Shown here piece by piece: positions 43,628-59,712 of a DNA stretch of 64,000 nt. The stretch lies in assembly GCF_009914755.1 (NCBI RefSeq), contig NC_060925.1, one strand, 5' to 3'. Each line of letters begins with the position of its first letter. Position 1 is the stretch's first letter. Origin of the DNA: the human T2T-CHM13v2.0 reference genome, Homo sapiens. Position numbers and translations under genes: made by a program. The notes beneath the pieces are model-generated. The model searched no databases. It had not been told where the DNA came from and saw only the letters and a program-made list of their open reading frames with translations.

Positions 43628-44362
43628 GTAAGCAACATGGCCTGACCCACATTACTGCCTTTCCTGTCTGGGGAGACCTTTGGGGTTTTTGTAATGAATC
43701 TGAGCTGCTGGAACTAAGAAACCCAAAGAAACAATAGCTGTATATTATTTCCCTCCTTTGCAGCAATCCAGATGCAGGCAGGTCTACAGCAGACAGACCT
43801 TCTACTCAACCAGGTCGAGCTGGCCCAGGCTCCTTCCATCTTGTTGCTCTACCAGGCCCTCAAATGTTGGCCTAATTTCACATTTTTCCCCTAAATTCAT
43901 CCCACTTTAGAATTGGAAAGGCTTCAAAATAGAAGTGAGTGTGGTGCAGCAGAGCCTAGAATTAGAAACCCCCAGAAAATATAAAATAATGCTTTGGTTT
44001 AGTTCTGGGAGGTATGATTATCTTGAAATTTGGTATCTTCTTGTGTAATTTAAGAATATCCCCTTTTCTATCTTTTTTCTTCTAAAGTCACCATCCATCT
44101 CTAAGAAGCTGAATGGTAGGGATATCAAGAAATATTCATCCCTGCCACACTGGGTCCCATGATAGGCTCTGTAATGAGGGCCGTATGATACAGTCTCTGT
44201 TAGCAACAGAGCTGTCTGATTTCTCTATAACCAGCTGCACTCTGTTTCCCACCTGGAAGCCAGAATGGTCCTCATGAAAGGAAAACAGACCATTACAGCT
44301 GCCACTTAGCTGGCCTCCTGGAGCCCACTCTTTTCCCTAAAGTCTCCTCTTTTCACAGCAGC

Positions 44363-45208
<846 letters not shown>

Positions 45209-45211
45209 CAG

Positions 45212-45720
45212 CCAGAATGATTTCTTTGAAACATTTATCAAAGTGTGTTATTCCCTTCCTCAAAACCTTCCAATGGCTGCCCGCCACACTTAGGATGAAA
45301 TCAGAGTCCTTTCTGTAGCTCTGGCCTCCAGCTCCCTCTCCAGTGTTATTTCTCACCACTCTCACCTTGCTCACTCCCACCCACCACTAGCCTCCTTGTT
45401 CCTCCCACAAGTCAGCCTGTTCCTGCCTCAGGGCCTTTGCATTTGCTGTGTCTGCAGCCTGATGCTCTCCCTTCATACAGTCACATAGTTTGGTCCTTGA
45501 CTTCATCCAGATCTCCACTTCAGTGTTACACTTTATCAGATGCCTTCCCTGACCACCCTATAGAAAGTAACACCTCTAGCATTCTGTACCTCTTTGTCCT
45601 GCTTTAATTTTGTACCTATCAGTTATCTTCGCTGACTCTTCATTATATATTTATTTGTTCATCTATGGTCTGTCTTCTTCATTAGAATATAAACTTCATG
45701 AGGACTTCATTCACGATTAT
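45212..45720 (-). mobile_element. L2 fragment
   Basis: cctgcctcagggcctttgcatttgctg...cttccctgaccacccta, typical of L2. Confidence 0.75.
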
Positions 45721-46023
45721 CTAGGGATAGATTCTAACCACACTTGCAATGGCCGCATTCCCCAAGCCCCTGCCAAAAGCCAGAGAGCCCACGAAAAGGG
45801 AATTCCTCCACTGGCAGCTGATTGCGTTTTTCCTCTGCCAATTTCCAGACTCTGGTGTATTTCTCCTACTTCATTTACCATAGCACTTGCTAAATACAAA
45901 TTTTCAACAAAGAAAGTGATGTTACTTGAAAATGCTACTTTACATCTACCTAAAGTCTTTTAAGTCAGTAGATGTCAAATTTTATAAAATATTTACTGGA
46001 AAAAAAGTTAACAGTAAGATACC

Positions 46024-46317
46024 TTTTTTTTTTTTTGAGACACAGTCTCACTCGTCACCCAGGCTGGAGGGCTGTGGCAGGATCTTGACTTGCTGCAGTT
46101 TCCACCTCCCGAGTTCAAGCGATTCTCCTGCCTCAACCTCCTGAGTAGCTGGGATTACAGGTGCCCACGGCAATGCCCGGCCAATTTTTGTATTTTTAAT
46201 AGAGATGGGGTTTCACCATGGTGGCCAGGCTGGTCTTGAACTCCTGACCTCAGGTGATCCACGCACCTCGGCCTCTCAACATGCTAGGATTACAGGCATG
46301 AGCCACCGCACCCGGCC
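46024..46317 (-). mobile_element. AluS
   Basis: Full dimer; TSD agtaagatac/agtaaaatac. Confidence 0.9.
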
Positions 46318-46710
46318 AGTAAAATACTTTTTATACCATGTTTTGTCTAGTTTTAAATTGCCATTATGCCTAATTCATGGAGTGCTACCATATGAAATGC
46401 AGCTACCTTACCTCATCTAATCTAAGATGCCAATATTTTAAGACAGATAACTGGTAAGAATATACCAGTAAGAAAAAAACACTAACAATTAAACTATGAC
46501 TCAGAACTGATTATAAATACCTGCCAATTTCATAGATATTAAAATATGGGGTGGAGGTGGAAGAGTGAAATGAAATATGGTCAATTGCTGTCTGCTGTTA
46601 ACCTTACCTGAACCTTCCTCCCTCCCTCAGTGGATGACTGAAGGAGACTTGGGGTACTTCTAGTGTTCTGTGAAAGAGCTCAGGTCCTGACCACTCTCGC
46701 TTTGCTCCAG

Positions 46711-46827
46711 GGCATCGTTTTGGAGCTCCTGAAGGAGGCCATGGTGGCCAGCCTCGGGGACACCAGGGGCTTCCTGATTGACGGCTATCCTCGGGAGGTG
46801 AAGCAAGGGGAAGAGTTCGGACGCAGG
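46711..46827 (+). CDS. AK5: AK5 coding exon (117 nt, probably exon 12) with the FLIDGYPR signature
   Basis: [39 protein letters not shown] contains the adenylate kinase signature. Acceptor tttgctccag|GGC, donor AGG|gtgagt. Confidence 0.97.
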
Positions 46828-48547
46828 GTGAGTGGTTGTTACGGGCATCCTTCCAGAAGAAAAATAGGGGACATCCTTGAGGTTGGGTGATAATTCAAAG
46901 TCTATTTCTTTCCCAATTACATTAATGAAAACTTTAAGGGGCAGAAACTTGACTCAAACTAGAAATTTAAAAAAAGGAGATTTATTGACTTAAGTAACTA
47001 AAACACCCAGCAGTGGTTTAGATTTGGTTGACTCCAGATATCCAAATGTGTTCATCAATTGTCTGACTCTCTCTCTCTCTCTCTAATTCTCTTTCCTTTG
47101 TGTTGGTCTCATTTTCTTCCTGATCAAGGCTTACCTTCTACCATCTAAGTGGCTTCATAGAAAAGTGTTTCTGTTTCCCAGTGGGTCCAGCAAAAGACCC
47201 AGAGTTGTGTTTCCTATCCTGGATTTGGTCACAGTCCCATCATCACTGAACCAATTACTGAGGCCGAGAGGGAAGAAGAGGGAATACGCTGGCTGGCCCA
47301 GCCTGGAGGACCAAGGAAGGATGGGAAGGGAGGAGGGAGCAAGGGCACCACACCTGAACCACACAGGGAAGGAAAATTACCCCCAGGAAAAGTAGGGCTG
47401 CCCTTACAAGAAGACGGGGGAATGGGTGCTGGACAGGCAGAATCAGAACTACACACCACCCTCCCACTATCCTCCCACCATCCCACCTCCCTGCCCACCC
47501 TCTCCTAGTGAGGAGGGTGGGTCAGGGATACTCACAGGGGAGCAGCAGTAAGTAAAAACCATTGTGGCTGCCACGTATTGAACCCACTCTGGGCCAGATC
47601 CTGTGCCCACACTTTATAGAGAGTACCTGTAATCTTACAAGTCCAGGCAAGAAGGGTAAAACTGGCCTCATTGTTAAACAAATACTGACTTGAGAACTTA
47701 AAAGAAATTCATATTTATAGAGATATCTCTTCAGACTAGTTTTGAAACATTTTTCATATACAGTTTTCTCGTTTTTTTTTAATAACCTTTTTAGATAGAT
47801 AGGGGAAGTATTGTCCTCATGTTAAAGGTGATGAGTGAAGCCCAGAAAGGGTTAATGACTTCCCCATGGCCACACAGCTGGTGACAACTTACTGGTAAGT
47901 GCCAACTGCTAGCAGGACTAAGATTTTGCGGGACCCATCGCCATCCACTTCTAGTAACATTGATTGAGGTGAATTATACTTGTGTGTCTCTGGGGGTTTA
48001 CTTTGACCTCCTTCTGAGCCTGTTTCATTTAATTTCCTTAGTGTCAAAATACTTCAAGGTCAATTGCTCATCTTCCCCTACACCTCCTACATGAAACCAG
48101 AGTCAAAGAAAACATGTCTAGGTCTAGTTGGCATGGGTGGACCCTGGACCCATTCTGGCTGTCCCTCGACTCCAGAGCTTCCATCAGCAAGATGGGGGTG
48201 GGCAGGGAGAAGTGGATTTGCAGAGCAGAGCCCCATTACTGTGGAAGTTTTAGGCAGTTCTTGATGGGGGACACTCACATGCCCAAGTTCTAATGAGCTT
48301 TTTCCCATGAAAAAAATCACTTCAAGAGCACAAACCTCAATATAAATTAACTAGTTTTTTACAAGATGGAATTGGGAGCGTTGTTCTACTTTTTAAATAA
48401 TTGTGGTAAAATAGACATAACAAAATTTGTCATCTTAACCATTTTTAAGTGTACAGTTCAAGGATGTTAAGTACATTCATATTGTTATGAAACCATCACC
48501 ACCATCTTGAGAACTCTTTTTATCTGCTAAACTGAAACTCTACCTAC

Positions 48548-48848
48548 TATTTATTTTATTTATTTTTATTTTTGGAGACAAGGTTTTGCCCTGTTGCCCC
48601 GGCTGGAGTGCAGTGGTGCAATCATAGCTCACTGCATCCTCAACCTCAAGGCCCAAGCAATCCTCTCACCTCAGCCTCCTGAGCAACTGGGACTGCACCA
48701 CCACACCCAGCTAAACTTTTTGATTTTTTGTAGAGATGGGGATCTCACTCTGTTACAAGGGCTGGACTTGAACTCCTGGGGTCAGGTGATCCTCTCACCT
48801 CAGCCTCCCAAAGTGCTGGGATTACAGGTGTGAGCCACCGCACCTGCC
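48548..48848 (-). mobile_element. AluJ inside L1
   Basis: TSD tgaaactctacc. Confidence 0.88.
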
Positions 48849-49736
48849 TGAAACTCTACCCTCTCCCTCCTTTCCCCAGCTCCTGACAACCACCATTTTT
48901 CTTCCTATCTCTGTGAATTTCACTATTCTAGGTACCTCTTATTTCACTTAACAAAATGTCCACAAGGTTCATTAATGTTGTAGCATGTGTCAGAATTTCC
49001 TTCCTTTTCTGGGTCAAATAACATTCCATTGTATGTATATGCCACATTATTTTTATTCATTCACCTATCGATAGAGACTGGGGTTGCTTTCACTTTCTGG
49101 CTATTGTGAATAATGTTGCCATGACTACATGTGTACAATATCTGTTCAAGTTCCTGCATTAGTTCTTTTGGGTATATACCCACAAGTGGAATTGCTAGAT
49201 CATATGGTAATTCTATTTTTAATTTTTTGAGGAGCCACCATACTACACATATACATACATACTGCCAGCCATAGTGGCCACACCACTTTACATTCCTACC
49301 GACAATGCGTGAGAATTTCAATTTCTTCTCACCAACACTTGTTATTTTATGGGTTTTTTTGATAGTGGCCATCCTAATGGGTGTGAGGTGGTATCTTATT
49401 GTGGTTTTGATTTGCAGTTCTCTAATGATTAGTGACATTGAGCATCTTTTCATGTGCTTTAAATGAAGTTGTTTTCTTTTTGTTGTTGTCTAGTTGTAGG
49501 AGTTCTTTATATATTTTGGATAGTAACTCCTTATCAGATATATGACTTACAGATATTTTCTTTCATTTGATAGGCTGTCTTTTCACTCTTTTGGTTGTGT
49601 CCTTTGATGCACAAAAGCTTTTCATTTTGGTGTAGTCCAATTTATCTATTTTTACTTCTGTTGCCTGTGCTTTTTGTCCTGTACAAGAAGTTATTACCTA
49701 ATCCCCATGAAGCCTTCCCTCCGTATTTTCTTCTAA

Positions 49737-50093
<357 letters not shown>

Positions 50094-50212
50094 TGATCCA
50101 TTTTCAGCTAATTTTTTATATATGGTGTCAGATTATTTTGCATACGGATATCTAGTTTTCCCAATGCCATTTGTTGGAAGAATATTTTCTCCTACAGAAT
50201 GATCTTGACATT

Positions 50213-50618
50213 TATGTTAGTCCGTTCACATTGCTGTGAGGAATACCTGAGGCTGGGTAATTTATAAAGAAAAGAGGTTATTTTGGCTCATGGTTCTGCA
50301 GCCTGTACAGGAAGCATGGCATTGACATCTGCTTCTGGTGAGGCCTCAGGAAGCTTCCACTCACAGCGGAAGGTGAGGGAGAAGCCAGTGCATCACATGT
50401 TGAGAGAGAGATGGCAGAGGCCCCTGACGCTTTTCTATAATCACATCTTCCATGAACTTAGAGAATGAGAACTCAGTCATTACCACGAGGATAGCACCAA
50501 GCTGTTCATGAGCAATCTGCCCCCATGACCCAAACACCTCCAACTGGCCCCACTTCCAACACTGGCGGTCACATTTCAACATGGGATTTGGAGGGAACAA
50601 ATTCCAAACCATACTAGC
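50213..50618 (-). mobile_element. MST-family (MaLR) solo LTR inside L1
   Basis: aatacctgaggctgggtaatttataaagaaaagagg...atttggagggaacaaattccaaaccata. Confidence 0.85.
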
Positions 50619-51039
50619 ATCCTCATGAAAAATCATTTGACCATATATATGTGAGAGTTTATTTTTGGACTGTCTATTCTATTGGTCTATATATCTGTCT
50701 TTATGCTTGTACCACATTCTTTTGATTACTGTAGCTTAGTAATAAGTTTTGAAATCAGGAAGTGTGAGACCTCCAGCTTTGTTGTTCTTTTTGGTGATTG
50801 TTTTGGCAATTGAGGGCCTCTTGAGATTCTATATGGTTTTAAAATGATGTTTCTATTCCTGGAAAAAAAAATTAGGATTTTGATAGGGATTACATTAAAT
50901 CTGTAGATCACTTTGGGTAATATCGACATCTTAGCAATATTAAGCCTTCCATGGATTGTTTTAGATTTTGTTTATTCTAATCTTCTAGCCAACGTCTAGG
51001 CTGTGGATAAGTCCCTAGGGATACATTCTAAGTAACTGA

Positions 51040-51657
<618 letters not shown>

Positions 51658-52648
51658 AAGTCTTTTTTTTTTTTTAATTGCTCTGAGAGGTGGTAGAACA
51701 TTCTCTTGAAACCCTCAAATGATCGAGGACAAGATGTATAGTAAATAAATAAGGTCTCTCTCTCTCTCTCGGTCAACAACAACAAAATTAAATTATAATC
51801 CTTATTCTTCTTTGGGGAATTTTAAAATTGAGTCTGAAGGCAAACCCCAGAACTTAACGCCTATGGGGTTCCACATCATTTTGAGCAATGACAGCCCTGG
51901 ACCTTCCCAAGGTGGAATCATTAAAAGCATGTCACTCGTGTACTCTGGAGTCAGAAAATCTAGGTTTTCACCTGTCATTTATTATGGAGATAATAATACC
52001 TGTTAACACCTATTTAAAAGGTTTTGTAAACATCAGATCATATAACATGCATAAATGTCTTCTAAGCTATAAAAGTTTATAAAATATTATCTAGTTTAGC
52101 ATCACTCATTTGTTAATCACACCTCATACAAGCCTCTAAAATTCCTGCTCCATCACCACTTCCTCCTTTGCTTAAAACCCAGTTAGGGTGAGCTCAGAGC
52201 TCTATGCAGCCCATTGGTCTGTCCTCTGGCGTAAGTATGAATTCAAATGGTCCATGTGATCTTCCCTAAAGTAAAGCAAAAAACTTCCTCTCCCACTGTG
52301 GTCCCCGTTCAGACCGGTTTTAGAATGTGGCAGAGAAGAAGCCTAACTAGAACTAAGGAACAAGAAAGTCATCAACATGGTGACTGGACAGTTACACTCA
52401 ATGCTAAAATTCATGATTCCATTTCAAACAACACACAGGTAACACATTTCATTACTGAGCATACAACCGTTAAGTGAGATTTTAGACATCTACAAAGATG
52501 ATTTCTTACATACTGCTAGGAGGAACTTACAGAGACCAAGAGTGACATTGATTTGTCCCTGGGTACAGTAACTTTAGAAGATTCTAGTATCAATTAAGCA
52601 GGTGTGCAAGAGAACACATCCAGCCCTCCAGAATGAGCTCCTGCTTTA

Positions 52649-53019
<371 letters not shown>

Positions 53020-54190
53020 TTAATGCCCTGCAGGGCCCTTCATTTGTAGCTCCCCTCCAAATTACAAGCAAGAAATTCATTTGAAATTTGACAAAGACAA
53101 ATGCAGACATCTGATTTTCCCCAGAGATTCAAAGTAATCAGCTTGGTTGAAAGCATAGTATTTCCCCTAGTGCATCAGGCCTGCAACTATGTTTGAGGTC
53201 CATTCAAGCCTGGAGAGGTTTTAACCAGCCCACAAAAATCTCACCAGCCTTTCTGTGTCACCGAGATTGATGCGTCCGATGCATTGGACCATCAGTTCCT
53301 TTAAAAATTCAGTTAGTTAGGCTGACACTTTTGCATACCTGTAGCTGAGTTCTCCGAGATACAAGGTCCTTTGAGGATTTCCTTGGACACTGCATATGAC
53401 ATCGCTAAAAATCAAATGCAAACTAATGTCCACAGCTTAAGGGTAAGTCTATGTGTGGTTTCTGTTACCTTCCTATCTTCTATTCCCCAAGCTGGTTTTA
53501 TCCCTGTTGAATTACAACCTATACCTTCAGTTTACAGAATGATTACTGGGGGAGGGGCTGTGTATATGTACATGTATGTAATGCATGTATGCATGTAGAT
53601 GTGTGTAATGAGGCAGAAGGAATATGAGGGAGGAGTCAGGGTTTCTGATCACCATCCTCATTCCCCACTCCAGCTGAGAACCCCTGGTTATAGTGACTCT
53701 GGTGTGAACAGGCCTGTATTTGGAGCCTGGCTTTGTAATTCATTGGCTGGTAAGCAAGTCAGCTAACTTTGTAGATCTCCTTCTCCTCTTCTACAAAATG
53801 TTGGTTGGAAATACATACCTCAGTGATTGTTGGGAAGATTGGATGGGATCCTTGACAAGTGCCTTTACACACTTATAAGCCTACATATGGTGTTCAATAA
53901 GTCTTTACAGTTTTTTTAATAATGTGTATTTTTTCTGACTATAGAAATAAAAATTATATAGTATGAAACAATACACAAAAATATAAAACAAAGAATAACC
54001 ACCCAGTGATAATACCTATTAATATTTAATGTATGTTCTCCCCAAGCTTTGTTCTGCCTGTTTTTGCTTAGTTAAAATCATACAGAACATAGGAATAGTA
54101 ATTATTTTTTGAGTACTTACAATGCGCCAGAAACTGAACTTGATGCTTTACACATTTCATTTGATTAATTTTTACAGTCCTACTTAATAG

Positions 54191-54490
<300 letters not shown>

Positions 54491-54609
54491 TTTTATAGAT
54501 TCTTACCATCTTGAGAAGGGCTCTGTGCTTAGCCTGACTCCCTGGTGTGAAATTGAAATGCTTTCCTGTATTAAGCCAATCTCATACTCAACATCAGCCA
54601 AATTAACCA

Positions 54610-54744
54610 CATATTAACAGAAGTCATATTAACAAAAGTCATATTAATGGAAGTCATATTAACAGAAGTCATATTAATGGAAGTCATATTAACAGAAATC
54701 ATATTAATGGAAGTCATATTAACAGAAGTCATATTAATAGAAGT
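54610..54744. repeat. Minisatellite, 9 x 15 bp, consensus CATATTAAYRGAAGT
   Basis: Nine contiguous units counted directly. Confidence 0.95.
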
Positions 54745-55896
54745 AGAATGCATGGGTTTGCTCTTGGCTTTTCCCTCCCAAAAGACTCTTAGCTGAAATT
54801 CTGCCTTTAGCCAGAATATGTACATAACTCTCGTGGAGGTGGGAATGATGGCTTCACAGTGATCCCTCTGCCTTACTACTCTCAACTATCTCATGACACT
54901 TCATTGACAGAACCAGTGTTTCTGTTTATAAGTGTATTCTAATCTTCAGAATGAGCTCTTAACACACACACACGTGCACATATGCACACATACACAAAGT
55001 CTGAGTCTGGCCAAGGGAATGTCCAGTTGGTGTGTTCTAGTTGTTTAGAATTGTGGGGAGCCCTGGAGGCCACATAGGATTTTTCACTTGAGATGTTTCT
55101 GCTCTCTTCTGATTCCCGGTTCACTGCAGAACTTAGAGCTGCGTAATGGTGTGTGGGGGGAGAAGTTATATATCAATTGAGTAGTATTACTATCATTAGG
55201 GTTGTGTATTCAGGAATGCTGGAATGACCCAGATATTCCTCCTCTAGTGAGGTTCCCCCAAGGGGACATACCTCAAGGTGAGAGCAAATGAGAAACAGGC
55301 ATGCCACTTTCTTTTCAGCCAGGGCCCTTTCCTGCCAGCACAGGGAGACTCTGGTAAACATGCTGTAGCATGCGACTTAGGCTAAAAGCCTGAGTGAGGC
55401 CGCTGACTCTTTCTAGACCTAAATCTGACCAGTGGGATACTTTACAGGTCAAAAGGATGACTATGTTGCAAAGCCCACCTTAAATAACATTAGCTCCCAT
55501 TTATGTAGTGTTTGAAGTGAGTCAGGCGCTTTACATGTACAAACTCATTTAACCCTCACAATAGTCCTGTGAGTCAAATACTATTATTATCCTCATTTTT
55601 AAATGAGGAAACTGAGGCATACACCAAGAATAAGATAGTTGTTATTCTCAACAAAGAGTTCCTGGATGGCATGGAGAGCTCCTGCCCACTGGTAAACGTG
55701 GCCTAACCCCCATTCTGACTTAATCAGAAGAAAACTAAGGTGGGGGTGGAGTCAGAGGGCAGGAGGGCAAACTTCTCCTCCCGCTCCACTTGCTGGAATG
55801 ACCAAAGCAAAACCATGATCACAGTCCACAATGCTCATGTCCTTGTGCTGGTGGGCTGCCCTCATGCCCTGAGGGGTGCAAGGATGAGTGTGGTCC

Positions 55897-57148
55897 TGTG
55901 TCCGGAAATGGTGGGTTCTTGGTCTCACTGACTTAAAGAATGAAGCCGTGGACCCTCGCGGTGAGTGTTACCGTTCTTAAAGGCAGCGTGTCCGGAGTTT
56001 GTTCCTTCTGATGTTCGGATGTGTTCGGAGTTTATTCCTTCTGGTGGGTTCGTGGTCTCGCTGGCTCAGGAGTGAAGCTGCAGACCTTCGCAGTGTTACA
56101 GCTCATAAAGGCAGTGTGGACCCAAAGAGTGAGCAGTAGCAAGATTTACCGCAAAGAGCAAAAGAACAAAGCTTCCACAGTGTGGACGGGGACCCCAGCG
56201 GGTTGCCACTGCAGGCTAGGATCTGGCCCCACCCACATCCTGCTGATTGGTCCATTTTACAGAGAGCTGATTGGTCCGTTTTGACAGGGTGCTGATTGGT
56301 GCGTTTACAATCCCTGAGCTAGACACAAGTTTTCCAAGTCCCCACCAGGGTAGCTAGATACAGAGTGTGGACACAAAGGTTCTCCAAGTCCCCACCAGAG
56401 TAGCTAGATACAGAGTGTTGATTGGTGCATTCACAAACCCTGAGCTATCCACAGGGTGCTGATTGGTGTGTTTACAAACCTTGAGCTAGATACAGAGTGC
56501 CGATTGGTGTATTTACAATCCCTTAGCTAGACATAAAGGTTCTCCAAGTCCCCACCAGACTCAGGAGCCCAGCTGGCTTCACCCAGTGGATCCTGCACTG
56601 GGCCACAGGTGGAGCTGCCTGCCAGTCCCGCGCCCTGCGCCCGCACTCCTCAGGGTGGATGGGACTGGGCGCCGTGGAGCAGGGGGCTGCGCTCGTCGGG
56701 GAGGCTGGTGCCGCGCAGGAGACCAGGGGGAGGTGGGGGGGAAGGCTCAGGCATGGCGGGGGCTGCAGGTCCCGAGCCCTGCCCCGCGGGGAGGCAGCTA
56801 AGGCCCGGCGAGAAATCGAGCACAGCAGCTGCTGGCCCAGGTGCTAAGCCCCTCACTGCCTGCGGCCATCCGGCCGGCCGGGCTCGCGGAATCCACGCCC
56901 ACCTGGAGCTCTGCGCACGCGCCTGCAAGCGCTGCGCACAGTCCCGGTTCCCGCCTGCGCCTCTCCCTCCACACCTCCCTGCAAGCTAAGGAAGCCGGCT
57001 CCGGCCTTGGGCAGCCCAGAAAGGGGCTCCCACAGTGCAGCGGCGGGCTGAAGGGCTCCTCAAGCGCGGCCAGAGTGGGCGCCAAGGCGGAGGAGGCGCT
57101 GACATCGAGCGGGGGCTGTGAGGGCTGCCAGCATGCTGTCACCTCTCA
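55897..57148 (-). mobile_element. LTR12C-type (ERV9) solo LTR, antisense to AK5, with CpG-rich U3
   Basis: Reverse complement runs TGAGAGGTGACAGCATGCTGGCAG...TCCGGACACA; perfect TSD GTCC; repeated gctgattgg and gctagatacagagtg units. Confidence 0.94.
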
Positions 57149-58093
57149 GTCCCACTAGATCCCAAGAGGCAGCAGAGGCAGCTTCTGAAAAATAAAATAA
57201 GTGAGTAGGCACCCCACCCCACTCGCTCCCTTTCCCACGGCCCCACCCCCCTCTCCTGGTTCCATTTGGCCCACTCAGCTTCTTGCCCAAACTTCATTCT
57301 GAAGGCGTTGGCTCTCTCCATCAGGGTGAGGTCACCAAGCTTTGGGGTTACATGTATCTGCTTCAGGCCTGTCACTCACTAGTCCCTAGTGACCTTGGGA
57401 AGGTTAACCTCTGAGGGCCTCCATTTCCTCATCCTTAAAGTGGGAATAATCATACTTCCCGGCAAGAGCGCCAGAGGGCTTATGGGATGGCTGTTTGTAA
57501 AGCCCTTAGCACAGTGAAGCATAGCCAGCTGCTGAAATGTTGCTGATGGCATCTCAGCAGCCCTTCCAAGGGCACTTGTGCTCTAACTAAGGTCCCCTGA
57601 AAACCAAAGGCCATGGAGAATCCGGTGAGGCTGGTGCCAGAGCCCCAGGGTGCCAGCAGGGTGATGTTGGGGGCAGGCCAATGTCCCCAAGTCTCTGATT
57701 CATTCAGCCAAGGGCAGAGTTCTCTGCTCGTCTGCTTACTTGATGTTGAAGACTAACCACAGTCCGGTGAAAACAAGAGCAGAGCTAGGAACCAGACAGC
57801 TACTCCAAGGGACTTTCTAATGATACATAGCGAAGCATTTTGAAAAAAATTAGATGGTATCTCATTGAAACATTTCAAAAAATTTTAGGTATTAAAAACA
57901 AATGGTTCAGGTCACTTCCAAATAGAATAACTGATCGACAGCTTTTTATATAGGAAGAGAGTGCTGATTCCAGGAGAGAGAGGTTAGGTCAAACCCCCTA
58001 GTTTTGGCACAGGAAAATGGCTTGTCAGAGTAGCTTCTCAAACTATGATGCTGTGAAGACTCACTTAGGGATCTGGTTAAGATGCAGACTCTA

Positions 58094-58388
58094 GGCTGGG
58101 TGCGGTGGCTCACACCTGTAATCCCAGTACTTTGAGAGGCTGAGGTGGGTGGATCACTTGAGGTCAGGAGTTCATGACCAGCCTGGCCACCATGGTGAAA
58201 CCCCGTCTCTACTAAAAATACAAAAATTAGCCGGGTGTGGTGGTGCACACCTGTAATCCCAGCTACTTGGGAGGCTAAGACAGGAGGATTGCTTGAACCT
58301 GGGAGGCAGAGGTTGCAGTGATCACATCACTGCACTCCAGCCTAGGCTGCAGAGCAAGACTCTGTCACCAAAAAAAAAAAAAAAAAAA
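58094..58388 (+). mobile_element. AluS inside a MER5-like hAT relic (about 58030-58495)
   Basis: TSD cagactct/cagattct; flanks carry cttctcaaact and gggccacactttgggaatc. Confidence 0.88.
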
Positions 58389-59529
58389 CAGATTCTGCTT
58401 CAGCAGGTCGCGTGTTGTGCCTGAGAGTCTATATTTCTAACAAGCTTCCAAATGACATGCTGCTGGTCCGTGGGCCACACTTTGGGAATCAGTGTGGAAG
58501 AAAAAGCTACCTCTCTGCCCCGTGCTTATTTTGGTCTAAAAGGTCATTTGCTGCCGGCTCCTGCTCAGTGACATATAATCTCTGTTTGTACCTGTGTCCC
58601 TGAATTATCTTTCCTGTCCCCACAAATGGCCTGAAAATGACCCCACAATTGGAAAAATCGCCTGGCTGTCTCATGCAACCCTAACCCAAAGTTGTTTCAG
58701 GGAGAACATTAAGCCGCCTCCCAAGCTCGCCCTCTGCTGGTGAACAAGGGTCATTTTTTTCCTAAACCCTCACCCAGCCTTTCTTGCTGCACAAATGCTC
58801 TTTTTTTTTTTCCTTCCAATTAATACAGACAGAAAAGTCGCATGACCTATTCCAGAGGTTTATTGCACTGTTGTCGATTTTGGAGAATGTTTCCACTCTG
58901 TTCCTTAAAGTACACCCCTCAGAGGAGGTAGATAAATGTTTGACCAACACTGTCTGGCAACTCACGATATTACGAGTTCTCCGTGTTGCCTAAACATCCT
59001 CTTCTTGACTGAACTTTGTTCTCATCCCACCCCACACACTTTCTACAGTGGTGGCAAGCCTTCATTTACTCACAGCTCGAATGTGGCAAGGTCAGGGGGA
59101 GTAATGGTTTCCTTTGATCCAGGGTTGGAGGAGGATGCAAAGTAAGCATGTCCCAGAGACAAAAGAACATTTAAGAGAAGGATATGGAGATGGGGAGACT
59201 CATAACACAGATCATACCACCATCATTCATTCATTAAAACATTTCTTCATCACCTACTGTGTGCAAGACTTGGGACTAGGAGCAGAGAATTCTTAATCCC
59301 TGCACACGGGGAACCTAAGCCTCATAGAGGAAATAAGCGTAACAGTGAATCGTTAGTGAGTGTCTGCTGTATGCCAAGGAGCATACGTATGTTACCTTAT
59401 TTAATTTTATTTCATCCTCACAGCAATCCTATGATCATCCTCATTGTATGAATGAGAAGACTCAGATGCAGAGAAGTTGAGTCAGACTTCTAGTTAATGA
59501 GGAAGTCAGTTTAAATGAACAATATGTAA

Positions 59530-59712
59530 GTCTGGCACAGTGGCATGTGTGTGTAGCCCCAGCTACTCCGGAAGCTGAGGCAAGAGGATCACTTGAGTTC
59601 AGGAGTTCAAGACTGTATAGTGCACTATAATTATGCCATGAATAGCCATTGCACTCCAGCCTGGGCATCAGAGCGAGACCCCATCTCTTACAAAAGAAAA
59701 GAAAATAAAAAC
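59530..59712 (+). mobile_element. FAM-like fossil Alu monomer
   Basis: Single monomer retaining the 7SL-type tgaatagcca before ttgcactccagcc. Confidence 0.75.

Noticed and set aside
54571-54885. ORF with (NMTSV/I)n repeats
   Set aside because: Translation of the 15-bp minisatellite; no supporting splice signals or homology.
56586-57158. CpG island with overlapping GC-rich ORFs suggesting a separate gene promoter
   Set aside because: Lies entirely within the TSD-bounded LTR12C U3; the ORFs result from high GC content.
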